This document shows positions 59,101 through 64,000 of a DNA stretch of 64,000 bases, piece by piece (positions within the stretch are counted from its first letter, which is position 1; each line of letters begins with the position of its first letter). This stretch comes from Malacoraja senta (lineage: Eukaryota), in NCBI GenBank assembly GCA_038087875.1, contig JAXLNO010000385.1, positions 372,001-436,000 of the forward strand. Direction: 5' to 3'. A model generated the notes under the pieces. It worked only from the letters and a program-made list of their open reading frames with translations. It did not search any database and had not been told where the DNA came from. The position numbers and the translations under genes are program-made.

Positions 59101-59920
59101 CCGGACACTGCCTTCTCCGGCCGCTGGACAGTGGCTACAGTGGCTACTCCAGCCGCTGGACACTGGCTTCTCCGGCCGCTGGACACTGGCTACTCCGGCC
59201 GCTGGACACTGGCTTCTCCGGCCACTGGACACTGGCTTCTCTGGCCGCTAGACACTGGCTTCTCCGGCCGCTGGACACTGGCGTCTCCGGCCGCTGGACA
59301 CTGGCTACTCCGGCCGCTGGACACTGGCTACTCTGGCCGCTGGCATCTCCGGCCGCCGGACACTGGCTACTCCGGCCGCTGGACACTGGCTGCTCTGGTC
59401 GTTGGACACTGGCTACTCCTGCCACTGGGTACTGGCTTCTCCGGCCACTGGACACTGGCTTCTCCGGCCGCTGGACACTGGCTTCTCTGGCCGCTAGACA
59501 CTGGCTTCTCCGGCCGCTGGACACTGGCGTCTCCGGCCGCTGGACACTGGCTACTCCGGCCGCTGGACACTGGCTACTCTGGCCGCTGGCATCTCCGGCC
59601 GCCGGACACTGGCTTCTCCGGCCGCTGGGCAGTGGCTACAGTGGCTACTCCAGCCGCTGGACACTGGCTTCTCCGGTCGCTGGACACTGGCTACTCCGGC
59701 CGCTGGACACTGGCTTCTCCGGCCGCTGGACAATGGCTTCGCCGGCCGCTGGACACTGGCTACTCTGGCCGCTGGCATCTCCGGCCGCCGGACACTGGCT
59801 TCTCCGGCCGCTGGACACTGGCTACAGTGGCTACTCCAGTCGCTGGACACTGGCTTCTCCGGCCACTGTACAATGGCTTCGCCGGCCGCTGGACACTGGC
59901 TACTCTGGCCGCTGGCCACT
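56167..59920. repeat. 23-bp satellite on both sides of the second gap
   Basis: Spacers lie at ~57595-57670, 58448-58522 and 59918-59992. A gcttgacactgg variant lies left of the gap. Confidence 0.95.
56463..56662. other. Assembly gap (200 N)
   Basis: Run of N inside the 23-bp satellite. Confidence 0.99.
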
Positions 59921-62900
59921 GGATTCACAGACAGGATTCCATCATGCCTGTTTGAATTTGACCTGGTTTTAAATTTATTTTAGTGTCCCTTCGGCCCATC
60001 AGGCCTGTACTAGCCCCATTTAAAATGTCCCTTCGGCCCATCAGGCATGTACTAGGCCCATTGTAAAATTCCCTTCGGTCCATCAGGCATATACCAGCCC
60101 ATTTTAAAATGTCCCTTCGGCCCATCAGGCATGTACTAGCCCCATTTAAAAACGTCCCCTCGGCCCATCAGGCCTCTACTAGCCCATTTAAAAATGTCCC
60201 TTCTGCCCATCAGGCCTGTACTAGCCGCATTTTAAAATGTCCCTTCCGCCCAGCAGGCCTGTACTACCCCCCCAGCCGCCACCCATCCTTGTGTGTGCTG
60301 ATTCTAATATCCCAGAGAATTTACCAATATTTGCCCCCCCCCCAATTTTTTTGTTTGTCCTTTCGGCCCATCATACTAGCCAGACCTGGATGTGAAACTT
60401 CGGCCCAGCAGGCCTGTACTGCCCCCCCTGCCACCACCCACCCCTCTGTGTGTGATGTTGACTAGAATATTAAAAATTAATTTTACTCAATTTTTTTAAA
60501 GTGGCTCCTCGCTGAGGCTCATCAGGCCTCAGTGTGTGATGATGGTGATAATAATCATAAGAGTCGTTTGAATCATTGACTTTTATTTCATTTTAATAAA
60601 ATTGTAAGTGGCCGGTAATTACACTTTAAGACCAAGCGCAAAAGCAAAAATCGTTTTTTTTCTCCGAGACAGCAAGCGCAAGCAAGCAAGCAGCTCTCAG
60701 CCTGGTCATTCATTCTTCATTGTTGAGATCTGCAAAAAATATATATAAGAAACAGGAAACTTAGAGCACTGTATTGTGAAGTTATCGCATTTATCGCATG
60801 TGCTCAGCCAGTCTGTGCCCGTGCCCGTGCCCGCAGCAGCAGCATCTTCACACAGACCCAGACCAAGACCCAAGGGGGGGACCGCGCACACATCTCTCTC
60901 ATCTGCGGGAAATAAAAGGAAAACAAATCATTTTTTTTAGCTCCACACCTCGATCCCCGTCTGGCGAACACAACCCAGCACCATTTACACACAATATCCT
61001 GCTATTTATCTCATTGAATCGAGAAGATCGATCTTATGATTATATTAGATAAATATTATATATTTTTATATTTTTTAATTTTTTTCACAACCCACACGGA
61101 CCTTGCACGCTTCTCCAGACTCCCGGAGCATCTTTCACCCTCTCTATCTCTCTCATACGCGCACGCACCCACACACACACAAACACAAAAACACACATAA
61201 AACTCTTCACTAGTTTCCACTAACCTCTATCTATCAGCCGATACAAGATTCCTTCAACCTACCTCCGATTCTGCATCACTCCGACTCTCCGTGTGTGTCC
61301 GTGTGTCTCCGTGTGTTTCCGTGCAAAGATACTAGAGGCAGATTAAGAACATATTGACTGCATGATATTTTCTTTAATTTCAGATGTCGACAGGACATGA
61401 TCTACACCGAACTGCGGAGTATTTGTCAAATAACTGCCGTCTTATGTACATTGTGTGAAATTGTGATTTGTTAACTGCACAAAACAATGCAAATGGCGAT
61501 TATTTATTATTGTATCTTCGTTGGACGTTTTGGTTTTTGGTGTAAGCAGGGGTGGGGCTATCATTGTGTTACATAGGTTGAATTGTACATTACTTTCACT
61601 GGTTAGCTGATATGCTTAACACTGCAACCCTGTATATCTCGCGCACAGAATAATGTTAATTATGTAAATCTTACCATGCATGTCAGAAATAAAGTGTTAA
61701 GCATGTTAATGGATCTCTATTATGAATCATTTAAAATTGAGTGGATTAGTGCAATATCGGTTCCAGCCGTCAGTGACTGCACTGCCAGGCCACCAGCCGT
61801 CAGTGACAGAACTGCCAACCCATGAGCCGTGAGTAAGTGAACTGCCAGCCCACCAGCTGTAAGTGACTGAACTGCCAGGCCAATAATCCATTCAGTCCAC
61901 CCTCTCCCCCTTCTCTCTCACAGAGTCTGTCACCTGTTTTGGGCAGAATTTCTGGCAGTTTCTCAGCTGCCAGCCTGCCAGGTCTGAGTGACTGTACTGC
62001 CAGGCCTCAGTGACTGAGCTGCCAGCCCTAGAATCCATTCGACCCACAATGTCCCTACTAGCCCTCTGGAAAAATGTCCCTTCGGCCCACAACACCCATA
62101 CTAGCGCAACAGAAAGCCCCCCACCCCCCCGCACTGGTCAGCAATATTGGAATTGGTGGAGAGGTGGAATATTGCATTGGGTGACCAGCCCTCCCGTGTG
62201 ATGCTGGGACCCAACTTAGTCTAGTTATTGTATATAAGTTGGAAATGTTGTCCTTTGTTTGAAATATGATGAATTTGACATCACTTTTATTGATTAGCTG
62301 ATATGGAAGACACTGCAACCCTGTGTATGTCGCGCACAAAATGATGTAAATAAAAAGTGTTTTCCTTGTTTATGAAGTTCAATTTAGAATTATTTGAAAT
62401 TGTGGGGGTTGGTGCAAAATACTGCTGACCCACGAATGTATCGTTATGAGACATTCAAGTTTTTAAAATCCATGTCTCAAAAAAAGCAAGAAGGTCCCCA
62501 TATTATTTGACCAACTTATCGACTGAATTTAAATATGTAGGGATGTATGTACTACATTGTGTTACGCTAATATAGAATGAAAAAATGGAAAAATATTTCG
62601 ACATTGTGTTCATGGATATTTTATTCACAATATTAGGATTTCATATATATTTTATATATATGTGTGTGTGTGTATATATATATGTGTATACATACAAATA
62701 TATGTGTTTATATATGAATATACACACTTATTGTAATATATATTGTGATATATATATATATAGTGATACACACACACAAATATATATATATATACATACA
62801 CACAGAGATTGAAAGAAAAGGGTTGCTAAACAAATTAGAGGAAATCTGAAGAAAGAAACTAGAGAAATATGTCAAGACAAGTCACTTTTGTTTATATAGC

Positions 62901-64000
62901 ACATTTAAAAAAACAAGCGACCACGTTCGGTCGCGCTGGACGCATGCAATTGCATGCTGGTGGGACAGACCCTTAACTTGCCTCTCACATACAGGCACAC
63001 ACAAACACACATTCATATAGTTACATTTAATTTTGTGTAGTGTGTGTTAAAGCAATACAAGGAAAGCTGCACAATACAATGCAAGGGAAACTACGCAAAG
63101 GTGGCGGCTGGGGAGGAAAGATGGGGGAACGGGGAAAACATTTACAATAAAATTAACTGAAATATGTGAGGTGATAGATGCGCTATATCAAACACTGTTT
63201 GATATATCAAACACTGTTCCCTACAACACTAATTACACTAATTACACTGGTTACACCAAAGATACTAGAGGAGCTCCGCTCCGCTCCGCTATATAATCTT
63301 TGGATCAAAGCAGCAGGAGGCAAACCGGAAGTCGCGTTTTGCATTAGAAAATGGCTGCCGTGACGTTCCATTGCGTACTACACGTCAGTCCATTGGATTT
63401 CGGAGGAGTGGTCTATCTTGCTCCTCTAGTATCTTTGTTTCCGTGTCCCCCAACTCTCCAGCCTGCGACTGCTCGCTTCCGCCGCCGCTCACAAACTGAA
63501 TCTCTTTCCCTCCTCAAAACGATACAAACCAACCGACCCACCCACCTCCCCTCGCTTCCCATTGGACAAAGGCAGCTGGCAGGCAGGCAGGCAGGGGCAG
63601 GCAAGATTTTGCAACATTTATTTGCTACATTTATCTGCTAAATTATTTGCTAAATTTTGAAAGATTATTGCTGTGCAATGCGTTTAACATCCCAAGGAGT
63701 TTACAATATTACTTTCATGCAACGCCCTCCCTCGCTCGCTCGCTCGCTGCATTTAACATTGCAGGTGTGTGTGGGCAAAATTATTCCAATGGAATGCATC
63801 TATTGCATGTCACATTTCTATTGAGAGGTTTTGCAAGATTTTTGCAAAATTATTGCAATGCAATGCATTTTACATACCAAGGGGTTGCTGGCAATATTAC
63901 TGTTAACAATTTAACAAGGAACTAACTGCAGATAGATAGATGCTGGAAAATCCAAGGTCGAATCGACAAAAATGCTGGAGAAACTCAGCGGGTTTCAGAC
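56663..64000 (-). repeat. Segment B copy in the right contig (continues beyond the window end)
   Basis: 56663 pairs with 49358 and 64000 pairs with about 44625. Confidence 0.95.
61324..63437. mobile_element. Non-autonomous composite hAT-like insertion (2114 bp) ending in a 181-bp MITE (63257-63437)
   Basis: The TIR CAAAGATACTAGAGG occurs at 61324 and 63257, and its inverse at 63423-63437. The 8-bp direct repeat TTTCCGTG lies at 61316-61323 and 63438-63445. The insertion is absent from the other copy near 45185. Confidence 0.85.

Overview
This is repeat-dominated vertebrate DNA, most likely from a cartilaginous fish (skate or ray), inferred from the CR1/HER1-type LINEs, SINE-like fragments and a GPR139/142-like receptor. 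It comprises three contigs joined by two 200-N gaps (17713-17912 and 56463-56662). The middle contig carries reverse-complement copies of both neighbours: 1-17712 matches 24121-41397, and 56663-64000 matches 44625-49358. The region is therefore either two giant inverted duplications or a large (>38 kb) tandem unit with one contig inverted or mis-oriented. The only credible host gene is a two-exon GPR139/142-like GPCR, intact on the left arm and doubly frameshifted on the right arm. The unit also holds an intronless THBS2-like pseudogene and a decayed Helitron PIF1-helicase remnant that the ORF track almost misses. Mobile elements include a near full-length L1, several CR1 copies, Harbinger-like MITEs and a 2.1-kb composite hAT-like insertion with an 8-bp target-site duplication and an empty site in the other copy. 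Tandem repeats include very long GATA-type microsatellites and a 23-bp satellite arranged as fold-back higher-order repeats. I found no rRNA, tRNA or CRISPR array, and no new biological system that the sequence alone demonstrates. All family assignments come from motif recognition by eye, without database searches.
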